From Candidatus Latescibacterota bacterium (GTDB taxonomy: Bacteria; Latescibacterota; UBA2968; UBA8231), in NCBI GenBank assembly GCA_965243025.1, contig CBDETY010000003.1, forward strand, positions 1,632,001-1,696,000: a stretch of 64,000 nt of DNA, in the 5' to 3' direction. Under the pieces are notes generated by a model. That model was not told where the DNA came from, made no database searches, and worked only from the letters and a program-made list of their open reading frames with translations. This document shows positions 21,034 to 30,555 of this stretch, piece by piece. The position numbers were made by a program, and so were the translations under genes. How positions within the stretch are numbered: the stretch's first letter is position 1; each line of letters opens with the position of its first letter.

Positions 21034-21804
21034 ATGGCAGGTTTCCGCGTAGACGGTCGCATGCCCGACCAGCTAAGACCGACCATTATCAGGCGGTCGT
21101 ACCTGGAAACTGCGTCCGGCTCGGTGCTTATCGAAAGCGGAGGCACCAAGCTGATATGTACGGTCTCAAGTGAGAACCGCGTTCCTCCGTTTGTGGAGGG
21201 GACGGGAAGGGGTTGGCTCACGTGCGAGTACGGGATGCTGCCCGGATCTTCTCGACAGCGGATTCCACGGGAAACCGCCAGCGGCAGGCCCAACAGCCGC
21301 ACACGAGAGATTCAACGAATGATCGGCCGTTCCCTGCGGGCCATCACTGATCTCGGAGCTCTTGGAGAAAGGACGCTCTATGTAGACTGCGACGTGATTC
21401 AGGCTGACGGGGGAACGCGGACAGCCGCGATCACGGGAGGTTACGTGGCCCTTGTAGAGGCCATCCGTGAAATGCGAGGGGAAGGGCTCCTTGATGTCGA
21501 CCCGATTACCGGGCAACTTGCCGCAGTCAGTTGCGGACTTGTCAACGGCCAGGCCCTGCTCGATCTGTGCTATGCGGAAGACAGTTCCGCTGCTACCGAC
21601 ATGAACGTCGTTATGACCGGGGATGGAAAGTTCGTGGAAATCCAGGCGACTGCAGAAGGGGAGCCCTTTTCGCCCGATCAGTTGGACAGCTTGCTGAATC
21701 TGGCGTCCAACGGGATCGCCGAGTTGTTCGCTCTTCAAATCGACGCCCTCGGGGATCTCATTGCCTCCGAAGAAGTTGTAGCCGATGACCTGGCGGCGGA
21801 CTGA
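21034..21804 (+). CDS. rph: Ribonuclease PH
   Basis: R.DGR..DQLR, GWLTCEYGMLP, RTREIQRMIGRSLRA, DCDVIQADGGTRTAAITG, LDLCYAEDS.A.TDMNVV. Confidence 0.97.
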   Translation: MAGFRVDGRMPDQLRPTIIRRSYLETASGSVLIESGGTKLICTVSSENRVPPFVEGTGRGWLTCEYGMLPGSSRQRIPRETASGRPNSRTREIQRMIGRSLRAITDLGALGERTLYVDCDVIQADGGTRTAAITGGYVALVEAIREMRGEGLLDVDPITGQLAAVSCGLVNGQALLDLCYAEDSSAATDMNVVMTGDGKFVEIQATAEGEPFSPDQLDSLLNLASNGIAELFALQIDALGDLIASEEVVADDLAAD

Positions 21805-21816
21805 ACTGTGATCGGC

Positions 21817-21846
21817 TTGACAGCTGCAGGTGGCCCCGTCTATGTT
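21817..21846 (+). promoter_or_regulatory. sigma70-type promoter upstream of the sigma factor gene
   Basis: TTGACA-N18-TATGTT. Confidence 0.5.
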
Positions 21847-22002
21847 TGTAACTCCGTTTTTGCCGTGACAAAGTCCTTTTGCTATATCGCGTACGATCCA
21901 CCGGCTGTCGCCGGTGTCCTCTCCTTCGTACACCGGGTCGCATCCTCTGCGGCCCAGATACCCTGCATGCGCGGGAACTCCCCTTAACAGCAAGGACGAC
22001 TC

Positions 22003-22860
22003 ATGGCCGAGGTCGCGAAATCATTCTGGGATATGGAGGACTCCCTGGGTTCCTATCTCGGGGAGATAGCCAACTCGAGCCCGCTTTCCTCATCGGAAGA
22101 AGTAGATCTGGCGCGCAGGATCAAGTGCGGCGATGAGGGGGCACGCAATGCCCTGGTCGAAGCCAATCTGAGGTTCGTGGTCAGTGTCGCCAAGGAGTAT
22201 CAGAACCGAGGCGTTCCCCTGGCTGACCTCATCAGCGCCGGCAACATGGGACTGATTACGGCTGCCGAGAGGTTCGACGAAAACAAGGGGTTCAAGTTCA
22301 TCTCATATGCGGTCTGGTGGATCAGACAAGCCATCCTGCAGACCCTTGCCGAACAATCCCGCACGGTAAGGCTCCCCCTGAACAAAATCGGATTGCTGTA
22401 CAAGATATCCAAAGCTGCCCGCCTCCTGCAGCAGGAACGGACTGACGACCCGAACCCCGAAGACATCGCCAACGAACTCGATGTCCCCGTTGAGGACGTG
22501 CGTGAAACCATGATGTGCGGCCGCTCGGTCCGGTCCCTTGACGCCACGTTCAAGGAGGAGGAAGATCACAGCCTTCTCGATATCCTTCCCGACGAGCGGC
22601 AGGAATCCCCCGAAAACCTCGTTATGCGGGGATGTCTTCGCGGACAAATTGATACTGCCCTCGGGTCGCTGGTGGGCCGCGAAGCCGAAATTCTGCGGCT
22701 GTATTTCGGATTGGACGGCGAGGAACCAATGACGCTCGACCAGATAGGGGTACGCTTCGGACTGACGAGAGAACGCGTCCGCCAGATCAAGGAAAAGGCT
22801 CTGCATCGACTGCGGCACCCCAGCCGCTGCGACCAGCTGAGGACCTACAGCCGCACGTAA
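22003..22860 (+). CDS. RNA polymerase sigma-70 factor, RpoD/RpoS-like, lacking region 1.1
   Basis: YLGEI...PL...EE, ANLRFVVSVAK, DLISAGNMGL, KFISYAVWWIRQ, TL..IG..FGLTRERVRQI. Confidence 0.93.
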   Translation: MAEVAKSFWDMEDSLGSYLGEIANSSPLSSSEEVDLARRIKCGDEGARNALVEANLRFVVSVAKEYQNRGVPLADLISAGNMGLITAAERFDENKGFKFISYAVWWIRQAILQTLAEQSRTVRLPLNKIGLLYKISKAARLLQQERTDDPNPEDIANELDVPVEDVRETMMCGRSVRSLDATFKEEEDHSLLDILPDERQESPENLVMRGCLRGQIDTALGSLVGREAEILRLYFGLDGEEPMTLDQIGVRFGLTRERVRQIKEKALHRLRHPSRCDQLRTYSRT

Positions 22861-22987
22861 TCGCAGTTGCTCCTGCGCGATTGAAATTTCCATACTGCCG
22901 GTTTCTCCTCCGGCCCATCGGTCGCGCCGCAGTACCACTCCCCACTTCCTGCTTTTTCTCCCCGCGCAAATTCTTGGGGAAGGGACC

Positions 22988-23137
22988 ATGCCCACTGAAG
23001 TCAGGGAAGAAGAACTCCTGCGCTCGATCGAGGAGGTCGAAGACCGAATCAGGAGTTTCCAAATGCAGGTTCGGAACGTCCTTGCATCTGCCCAATCCGA
23101 AACCACCCCAGAGGGGGGCTCAAAGAACTCCGGCTGA
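22988..23137 (+). CDS. Small hypothetical protein (49 aa, coiled-coil-like); not in ORF track
   Basis: GGGGAAGGGACC-ATG; MPTEVREEELLRSIEEVEDRIRSFQMQVRNVLASAQSETTPEGGSKNSG*. Confidence 0.5.
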   Translation: MPTEVREEELLRSIEEVEDRIRSFQMQVRNVLASAQSETTPEGGSKNSG

Positions 23138-23466
23138 CACCGGAACGTCCAGGCAAACCTGAAGGAAAATGGATTTGTGGGAGGTTTTTCTGTTCGTGCA
23201 GCATGCGGTACTACTGTTACTTTAATGAAATCATATGGTTATGAATGGCCGATACTCATGGGGACCTCGCAGAGATCCGGTCCGGCCTCCGGCCTGCAGC
23301 AGCACAGCCGCAACTGCCTTCGCCCTCCCGGATTCCAGGCCGTGATACCGGGGGACTGTTCGCGGCAGAAGACCGGCTCGATACCCGACGTCGAGGAGAA
23401 GCGCAAGAAACCATTTCCTCTCCGCGGCCTCCAACGGTTCCTCCTGCATCGAACCCACAACTCCTC

Positions 23467-24258
23467 GTGACAGGTCAATACCGAAAGGAGATGGAAACGG
23501 CCGCACGGTTGGCCTGGGCGGCGGGCAGGGCGACCCTGCGCCATTTTCAGACCGGGGTAGCGGTGGAGACAAAGCCTGACGCGACGCCGGTTACGGTCGC
23601 GGATCGGGAGGCGGAGGAGATCATCCGCTCCGGTCTCCGGGAGGCCTTTCCGGAAGACGGAGTGCTGGGCGAGGAGTTCGGGGAAATGACCGGGTCCTCC
23701 GGGCGCTGCTGGATCATTGACCCGATTGACGGGACCAAATCGTTCGTAAGGGGCGTTCCACTTTACGGAGTGCTGGTCGGGTTGGAGGATGAGAACGGGG
23801 AAGGGGTGGTCGGTGCAGTATACCTTCCGGGTCTCGACGAAATGGTCCACGCTGCCAAGGGTCTCGGCTGCTGGTGGAACGGAAGGACTTGCCGCGTATC
23901 GGGGGTTGAAAAACTCAGCGAGGCATGCGTGTGCTACACAAGCAGCCGCAGTTTTGCCCAACGCCACCGGGACCATGTCTTCGATGATCTCGCCCGGAAG
24001 GCGGGCTTGCTCAGAGGCTGGGGAGATTGTTACGGGCATCTGCTGGTCGCCACTGGTCGAGCGGAAGTAATGCTCGATCCCGTCCTCAATCCCTGGGACT
24101 GCGCTCCTTTGATGCCCATTCTGCAGGAGGCTGGCGGAACCTTTACCGACTGGAAAGGCGTGGCCACGATTCGCGGGGAGGATGGAGTATCCACCAACGG
24201 ATACCTCTTCGATGAAGTAATGGATCATCTCTCACGGGAGGATTTCGGGCCCTCGTGA
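23467..24258 (+). CDS. hisN: Histidinol-phosphatase (inositol monophosphatase family)
   Basis: K.DATPVTVADREAE, LGEEFG, WIIDPIDGTKSFVRGVP, RGWGDCYG, PWDCAP. Start re-called (GTG 23467; alternative ATG 23491). Confidence 0.85.
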   Translation: MTGQYRKEMETAARLAWAAGRATLRHFQTGVAVETKPDATPVTVADREAEEIIRSGLREAFPEDGVLGEEFGEMTGSSGRCWIIDPIDGTKSFVRGVPLYGVLVGLEDENGEGVVGAVYLPGLDEMVHAAKGLGCWWNGRTCRVSGVEKLSEACVCYTSSRSFAQRHRDHVFDDLARKAGLLRGWGDCYGHLLVATGRAEVMLDPVLNPWDCAPLMPILQEAGGTFTDWKGVATIRGEDGVSTNGYLFDEVMDHLSREDFGPS

Positions 24259-24482
24259 ACCCGGAGGCTCGGGTTCCTTCGTGAGCGGTGTGATTCGGTT
24301 GATTCCACGGTCAACTGGACATTCCCCGACGAAATGCCATCTTTACGTCGGACGGCCCGGGCGAAAAGGCGAACCGCCCGCGGTCGGAACGTTTCTATCT
24401 GTTTGGCCGCATCCGACATGAACGACAAATTGGTACTGGCTGGCTGTACAGTCCGTCACCAAAAAACAGGGGAGGGAAGACT

Positions 24483-24941
24483 ATGACAATCACCAAAGCG
24501 ATTTCGCTGGCGGTGGCGTCCACGCTGCTTTGGAGCTGTAGTGGACCGCCGGACGAGCTGACCCCGTACGTGGCCCGGTACGAGAACATGCAGCCCTTCA
24601 ACAGCAAGCTTGAGCGGTACCAGGGGTACCTGAAGAGCCCGGCACTCGAGCGCCAGGCCCGCGACATCCGCGATGTCATTCAGGCCTACCACGACAGCCT
24701 TGAGGGCTTCGGGAAAACCAAGAGCAAGTTCATCAAGGCGAGCCACAACAACGTAAAGAGAGCCGTGGCCCGTGCCCTGACACAGCTGGTTCAACCCGAT
24801 TTCCCCACCTTTACGATCAGCGCCCAGAAACAGATCGCCTTGATCAAGGAGAGAGTCATCGACCATTACGACAACCTCGACAAGATGTGGCGCGAAGCCG
24901 GGAATACCGAGCCATTCCCCTTGAAGTGGCCAGAACAATAG
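24483..24941 (+). CDS. Hypothetical lipoprotein
   Basis: Strong RBS GGGGAGGG; signal peptide with lipobox LWSC; helical mature region. Confidence 0.75.
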   Translation: MTITKAISLAVASTLLWSCSGPPDELTPYVARYENMQPFNSKLERYQGYLKSPALERQARDIRDVIQAYHDSLEGFGKTKSKFIKASHNNVKRAVARALTQLVQPDFPTFTISAQKQIALIKERVIDHYDNLDKMWREAGNTEPFPLKWPEQ

Positions 24942-25096
24942 GCGGGCCGTGAGTACTGAGTAATGGGCCCGGATCTCCGGAAAGGCCCTGGAAATGGCCC
25001 CCTGCTGAACCCTCGCAGGGACAACTTCACCGTGCCGGCGAAGAATCGTCATCCCGCTCCCGATTCTTCATCGCGCCACCACAGCGTTTCACCGGC

Positions 25097-25291
25097 ATGA
25101 TCAAACTCCTGCTGATCATCCTTCTGGTGGTAATTGCGGCCCATGTCGTTACCACCCTTTTGCGTTCGGGAAAACGGACACGGACGTCGGGCAACGAGAG
25201 AGTTGACCGCGACAGGGTCAACCGCGGCAAGGCGATCGACGTGGAATACACCGAAATTGTGGAAGAGAACGGCCCCGGGAGAGGCCCCTAG
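25097..25291 (+). CDS. Small single-TM membrane protein
   Basis: N-terminal hydrophobic helix, charged linker, C-terminal IDVEYTEI motif typical of small membrane proteins. Confidence 0.65.
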   Translation: MIKLLLIILLVVIAAHVVTTLLRSGKRTRTSGNERVDRDRVNRGKAIDVEYTEIVEENGPGRGP

Positions 25292-25463
25292 TGTCTCGTC
25301 GCAGAGATAGATTGACAAAATCGGGATGCCGAGGCGCCCGGCTCACAAGGCGCCTGAGCGAGTCGTACCGAGGGTGTACGGCGAGCGCAGGCAACGCCGT
25401 GAGCCGGGATGGATCGGCGTCCCGATGTCGAGATATTTCTGCGACGAGGCACTAACTGCCTGC

Positions 25464-26507
25464 ATGGCCACACCGTCCCGGACGAACAGAGGCCAGACCC
25501 GGGCGGTCTCACCTGAAACATTGCGATCGGAAGTCGAGAATGGTCCGCGACTTCCATTTTTTCTGCTCACCGGTGAAGAGGAGTTCGAGCGGGACGAGAC
25601 CGTCGATTGGCTCGTGTCCGAGCTGCAACCGGATGCTGCTCCGGAGTTCAACACCGATCTGATTTACGGGGACACACTCGATCCCCAGAGACTGCTCGAG
25701 GGATATTTCGCCTACCCGGTACTGGCCAGCCACCGGCTGATCGTACTCAGGAAATGCGAGAAGATCACCGCGGATCAATGCAGACAGCTCGAGGTGATCG
25801 TATCCGACCCGCAAAAAACATCCACCCTCATCGCGGCAGGGGGGAAGGTGGACATGAGGCGCCGGCTCTACCAGCAGATGGGAAAACTGGGATTGCGGGT
25901 CGAGTTCAAAACACCTTTCCAGAATCAGGTTCCACAGTGGCTATCGCGCCACGCGCGAAGCCGCAGCCTGGAACTCGAACCGGAGGCGGCGGGTCTGTTG
26001 GCGCTGTATCAGGGAAACAACACCCGCCAGTTGGCAAACGAAATCGACAAGCTGTCGGTCTATGTCGGGCAGGGCAATCCGATTTCGGCCCAGGCGGTCG
26101 TCGAGCTGGCGGGAGTCTCCAGTGCGGCAAGCGTCTTCGAGCTGGCGGATTCCGTTGGCAGGCAGGACTATTCGACGGCCCAGGAGATGCTTCATGGAAT
26201 GTTGAGCCAGGGTGAGGAGCCGGCCAGGATTCTGCCCATGCTCACCCGTCACCTGCAGCTCCTTCTAAAAACCAGGGACCTTCAGGACAAGCGACTCCCG
26301 GGCCCCGAACTGGCGAGGCGAATCGGGGTTTCCCCTTACTTTCTGAAATCCTACCGCCAGCAGGCTCGCCAATTTTCGAGCGACCAGCTTTGGACCGGCA
26401 TGGTGGCTCTGCTCGAAGCGGACCGACTTTTCAAGTCGAGGCGACGCAGTCAACACCCGAAAGTACTTCAGTTGTGCCTCTACCGGCTTTGCCGGCTTCG
26501 GCTGTAG
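25464..26507 (+). CDS. holA: DNA polymerase III delta subunit
   Basis: FLLTGEEEF, FN.D..YG, P.LASHRLIV, L.NEIDKL..Y, SVFEL.D, GVSPYF, LLEAD..FKS; start approximate. Confidence 0.9.
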   Translation: MATPSRTNRGQTRAVSPETLRSEVENGPRLPFFLLTGEEEFERDETVDWLVSELQPDAAPEFNTDLIYGDTLDPQRLLEGYFAYPVLASHRLIVLRKCEKITADQCRQLEVIVSDPQKTSTLIAAGGKVDMRRRLYQQMGKLGLRVEFKTPFQNQVPQWLSRHARSRSLELEPEAAGLLALYQGNNTRQLANEIDKLSVYVGQGNPISAQAVVELAGVSSAASVFELADSVGRQDYSTAQEMLHGMLSQGEEPARILPMLTRHLQLLLKTRDLQDKRLPGPELARRIGVSPYFLKSYRQQARQFSSDQLWTGMVALLEADRLFKSRRRSQHPKVLQLCLYRLCRLRL

Positions 26508-26533
26508 AACCAGTGGCAGGTGAGGTGCCGGGT

Positions 26534-26790
26534 TGGAGTTGACCCGGTTTCGCGGACACCTCATTCCTGGGAAAGGAGGATGTCCAACCATGCCGAAATC
26601 AAAGGGCCGGAATCCTCCGGAATTCCGAAACCAGACGGTACTTGGGTCGCAGGAAGCGCCGGCCAGGGAATTCGAGCCGTCAGACAGACCATCCCCGGCG
26701 GGGTGATCCAGGCCGAACGCGATGAGGGGGTGCGCCGCGACGGGCCGGGTCGACCGGAGCAGAAGGGGGGACTGCAATCCCTTCGCCATC
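26534..26790 (+). pseudogene. Decayed IS3-family insertion sequence left end (IRL plus frameshifted orfA remnant)
   Basis: IR-like TGGAGTTGACCCGGTTTCGCGGACACC; RBS GAAAGGAGG; ATG 26590 MPKSKGRNPPEFRNQ..AREFEPS, continuing in another frame as QTI..VIQAERDEG.R.DG. This matches my recollection of IS3 OrfA (Y.PEFR.Q.V..VR.GRS...LAREFEPS.QTIRNWV.QA.RDEG). Confidence 0.75.
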
Positions 26791-26929
26791 CGACCTTTCG
26801 GCAAACTGGGCCTCCGTCAAACAGGTTCTCCGGACACACCTGCTCAAACAAGCACGCAATCGGTCAGCTTTTGACCTGAGATTGCCTTGGCAGGTTACTT
26901 CGTCCTCAGCTTCTGCATTTCAGGTCCGG

Positions 26930-26958
26930 TTGACATGGTCAAGCCCCCTCGTTATATT
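26930..26958 (+). promoter_or_regulatory. sigma70-type promoter for the trxA cluster
   Basis: TTGACA-N17-TATATT. Confidence 0.7.
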
Positions 26959-27048
26959 GAAACAATAGCATAACATGCTGATAATTTGTTAGTTACAGCA
27001 AAATGAAGTTGGCGCGCAGGTGCGCGCCCTTACCTTTTTGAATGGAAA

Positions 27049-27378
27049 ATGAGCACCCCGATTTCCCTGACTGATGACAACTTCAGCGTCGAAGTATTGA
27101 GCGCCGAGAAACCCGTCCTCGTTGACTTCTGGGCAGCTTGGTGTGGCCCCTGCAGGATGGTCGCCCCTATCGTTGAGGAGTTGGCCGAGGAGTACCAAGA
27201 CCGGGCAAAAATCTGCAAGCTCGATGTGGACGATGCGCAAAAAACCGCTGGGGAGTATGGAATCCGCAGCATTCCCACATTGCTGATCTTCAAGGATGGC
27301 AAGGTGGCGGACCAGGTGATCGGAGCGGTCCCCAAATCTCAAATCACAGAAAAACTTGACGCGGTCATTTCGGATTGA
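27049..27378 (+). CDS. trxA: Thioredoxin
   Basis: VLVDFWAAWCGPCRM, YGIRSIPTL. Confidence 0.97.
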   Translation: MSTPISLTDDNFSVEVLSAEKPVLVDFWAAWCGPCRMVAPIVEELAEEYQDRAKICKLDVDDAQKTAGEYGIRSIPTLLIFKDGKVADQVIGAVPKSQITEKLDAVISD

Positions 27379-27469
27379 GTAGGATCCACCATCCAGCACA
27401 GGTACGGGTACGGAGTTTTTCAGAACAGCGATGGCGGTGAAAAGCGGTCGCAAAAAGGAGGTTTGATTC

Positions 27470-28261
27470 TTGAGTCCACTCAGCCTGAATAACGCAGCCA
27501 TTGGCACGCTTGCGGAAAAGCTTGTCATTGCGCGCAAATTGTACGGGAATGACAGCAGCTATGTCATTGGTTTGATGGCAGGTGTGGAAATGGCGCTAGA
27601 CAACGAGGGCAATCTCCGAGAAATCCAGGACCGGGTTGTCGAAGTCGAAACAGGCAAATCACCTTCCCAAAAACCTTCCCAGGAATCGTCTTCGCGCGCG
27701 GGCAGGAGTGACTCCGGACTGGTCGAAAACAGTTGGACCAAAGGCTCCGTCAAGTGGTTCAACAACGACAAGGGTTACGGTTTCATATCAACCGGGGCCG
27801 AGACTGATGTGTTCGTGCATTGGCGCGATATCTCATCCTGGGATCGCAGCCTTTCCCAGGGAGATGAGGTTGAATTCATGGTGACCAAGACTGCCAAGGG
27901 TTTTCAAGCGATTAACGTGATGAAGAGCAGCGAGGGCCAGGAAGGAGAGTCCGACAGTGACTCACCTTCCGCTGTCTCTCGACCGATGGCATCGAATGAC
28001 CAGGAAGGTTCCCATGCTGCAACTCCCAACTCCGTCGAGGAGGCAGCCCCGGATGAAGGCAGTGCGACCTCCGTTAAACCTGCGGTAGAGGATGAACACA
28101 CATCCCGGGAAGGCGAGGGCGAAGCCGGATCGGCTGGAGAGGAGGAACCTCGGGAATCTCTGTCCGAAGGTGAGCACCAGGGATCCGGAAGTGCCGGAAA
28201 TGCCGATGATTCATCGGCCGGCATCGAATCCAGGACTGGAAGCGTGGAGGAGCCCTCATAG
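27470..28261 (+). CDS. Cold-shock domain protein with N-terminal helical domain and acidic C-terminal tail
   Basis: RBS AAAAGGAGG then TTG; central [16 protein letters not shown] (RNP1), VFVHW (RNP2), L.QGDEVEF....KG.QA.NV. Confidence 0.85.
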   Translation: MSPLSLNNAAIGTLAEKLVIARKLYGNDSSYVIGLMAGVEMALDNEGNLREIQDRVVEVETGKSPSQKPSQESSSRAGRSDSGLVENSWTKGSVKWFNNDKGYGFISTGAETDVFVHWRDISSWDRSLSQGDEVEFMVTKTAKGFQAINVMKSSEGQEGESDSDSPSAVSRPMASNDQEGSHAATPNSVEEAAPDEGSATSVKPAVEDEHTSREGEGEAGSAGEEEPRESLSEGEHQGSGSAGNADDSSAGIESRTGSVEEPS

Positions 28262-28283
28262 TCCGGATCCGAACGAGGCATCG

Positions 28284-29513
28284 ATGTTGAAAAAAACGAG
28301 AAATACAGTCAGTTGCTCGTTCTGCGGTAAAGGAGTCACCCAGGTCGAAAAAATCATCACCGGGCCATCCGTACATATCTGCAACGAGTGCGTGAGCCTG
28401 TGTAACGAGGTCCTCGAAGAAGAAGAGGCGGAGGAGCCTGACCTACACCGCCATCCCCTTCCCAAGCCTGCGGAGATCAAGGCCCAACTCGACAAGCATA
28501 TCATTGGGCAGGAGCGCGCAAAGAAAGCACTCTCGGTAGCGGTATACAACCACTACAAGCGGATCTATTCCGGCTCGCATGAAGTCGAGCTGACAAAAAG
28601 CAACATTCTCCTCCTCGGTCCCACCGGTACGGGCAAGACATTGCTCGCCGAGACCCTGGCCCGAATTCTTCAAATTCCGTTTGCCATCGTCGACGCGACC
28701 GTCTTGACCGAAGCGGGCTATGTCGGTGAAGATGTCGAGAATATCCTGGTGCGTATCCTGCAGGCCGCGGATTACGATGTCGGCAAGGCAGAACGCGGGA
28801 TTCTTTTTGTCGATGAAATAGATAAAATCGCGAGGAAATCAGGCAACCCTTCGATTACACGCGACGTGTCCGGAGAGGGCGTTCAGCAGGAACTGCTGAA
28901 AATCCTTGAAGGCACGGTTTCAGGAGTGCCTCCAAAAGGCGGCAGGAAGCATCCTGAACAGCCGCTGGTCCAGATCAACACGCGAAACATCCTGTTCATT
29001 TGCGGCGGCGCCTTCGATGGACTCGACAAGATCATCAGCGCTCGGACGGGCAGGCGCGCGATGGGATTCGGAGCTGACATCGAGGCTCCTGGCGACCAGG
29101 ACGTCGGCCATCTGTTGTCGCGAGTCGAGCCTGAAGATCTCATCCAGTATGGAATGATTCCCGAATTGATCGGACGCCTGCCTGTCGTAAGCTCCCTGCA
29201 CCCCCTGAGTTCCCATGCACTGCTCGACATCCTGGTAAAGCCGAAGAATGCCCTCGTCAGGCAGTACCAAAAACTGTTTGAGATGGACGGCCTGACATTG
29301 AGGTTCGAGCCGGAGGCCCTGGATAAGGTCGTAAAGCTGTGTCAGGAGAAGGAGATGGGCGCTCGAGGGCTGCGTGCTGTGTTGGAAACAGCGATGTTCG
29401 AGGTGATGTACGAACTTCCTTCGCGAAGCGACATCAAGGAGTGCATGATTACCGGGGATTTCATCGACGCCAAAGGCCCCCCGACATTTGCACACAAACG
29501 CAAGCGGGCATGA
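28284..29513 (+). CDS. clpX: ATP-dependent Clp protease ATP-binding subunit
   Basis: CSFC...CNEC zinc finger, [53 protein letters not shown]. Confidence 0.98.
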   Translation: MLKKTRNTVSCSFCGKGVTQVEKIITGPSVHICNECVSLCNEVLEEEEAEEPDLHRHPLPKPAEIKAQLDKHIIGQERAKKALSVAVYNHYKRIYSGSHEVELTKSNILLLGPTGTGKTLLAETLARILQIPFAIVDATVLTEAGYVGEDVENILVRILQAADYDVGKAERGILFVDEIDKIARKSGNPSITRDVSGEGVQQELLKILEGTVSGVPPKGGRKHPEQPLVQINTRNILFICGGAFDGLDKIISARTGRRAMGFGADIEAPGDQDVGHLLSRVEPEDLIQYGMIPELIGRLPVVSSLHPLSSHALLDILVKPKNALVRQYQKLFEMDGLTLRFEPEALDKVVKLCQEKEMGARGLRAVLETAMFEVMYELPSRSDIKECMITGDFIDAKGPPTFAHKRKRA

Positions 29514-29566
29514 CAAACCGCGTTTAGCATTTCACCGATTCTCACCCGGATTCAATATCCCACGGG

Positions 29567-30541
29567 ATGCACCGTCACCGCATCCTGAAGCAGCGGGCTG
29601 AAATCATCGCTTCTACCCGGCGCTTCTTCGCCGAAGCCCGGTTCCTGGAAGTAGAAACGCCAACCCTGGTAGCGGCCCCGAATCCCGAGCGCCACATAGG
29701 GCCGATGCGAATTCGGACCGACGGAGATTCGGCGTCGGGCAGCTTCCTGATTACCTCGCCAGAACCTCACATGAAGAGGCTTCTGTCTGAGGGATTCGAG
29801 CGCATCTTTCAAATCTGCCGGTGCTTCAGGCAAGGGGAATGTACCCCGAGCCACAACCCCGAATTCACCATGCTCGAATGGTACCGCGCCGGAGGAACGT
29901 ATGAAGAGATGACGTCAGATGCGGAAAACCTCGTACGGTACGTTACCCGGGAAGTCCTCCATTCCAATTCCCTGTCTTTCAACGGAACTGACGTCGAGAT
30001 CGACCCGCCGTGGCCGCGCCTGTCCATGGTCGAAGCCTTCGACCGCCACGCGGATCTCAAGATCGATTTCTCCTGGTCGGAAGAGGAATTCGCCCGAGCC
30101 GCCGCGGCTTCCGGCTGCCTGAGCACGCGTCCCGGCGACTCGTGGGACGAACTCTTCGCAAAGCTGTTGGTCGAGAGGGTAGAACCGGCCCTGGCAGGCG
30201 AGCCCAAACCAGTATTCCTGATGGATTTTCCAGCACGTCTGTCCCCGATGGCCAAGCAGAGGGAAGACGATCCCCATACCGCCGCACGGGTCGAGCTTTA
30301 TATCGCAGGCCTGGAATTGGCGAATGGCTTCAGCGAGCAGAACGACTCCAGGCGCCAGAGGAGAACTCTCATGGCTGAACGGCGACATCGGCCAAGCGGC
30401 CAGCGGTACCCGCTCGACGAGGGGTTTCTCGACTCGTTGCACCGCATGCCGGATGCCGCAGGTATGGCCCTCGGTATCGATCGCCTCGCCATGCTGATAA
30501 CCTCTTCCAGTTCCATTGGCAGAGTCTTGGCGTTCCCATAG
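29567..30541 (+). CDS. epmA: EF-P lysine aminoacylase (EpmA/GenX/PoxA)
   Basis: Class II aaRS catalytic domain without an anticodon domain: FLEVETP, TSPE.HMKRLL, FR.GE...HNPEFTMLEWY, ELANGFSE, G.ALGIDRL. Confidence 0.92.
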   Translation: MHRHRILKQRAEIIASTRRFFAEARFLEVETPTLVAAPNPERHIGPMRIRTDGDSASGSFLITSPEPHMKRLLSEGFERIFQICRCFRQGECTPSHNPEFTMLEWYRAGGTYEEMTSDAENLVRYVTREVLHSNSLSFNGTDVEIDPPWPRLSMVEAFDRHADLKIDFSWSEEEFARAAAASGCLSTRPGDSWDELFAKLLVERVEPALAGEPKPVFLMDFPARLSPMAKQREDDPHTAARVELYIAGLELANGFSEQNDSRRQRRTLMAERRHRPSGQRYPLDEGFLDSLHRMPDAAGMALGIDRLAMLITSSSSIGRVLAFP

Positions 30542-30555
30542 GGAGGTGCTCCTTT

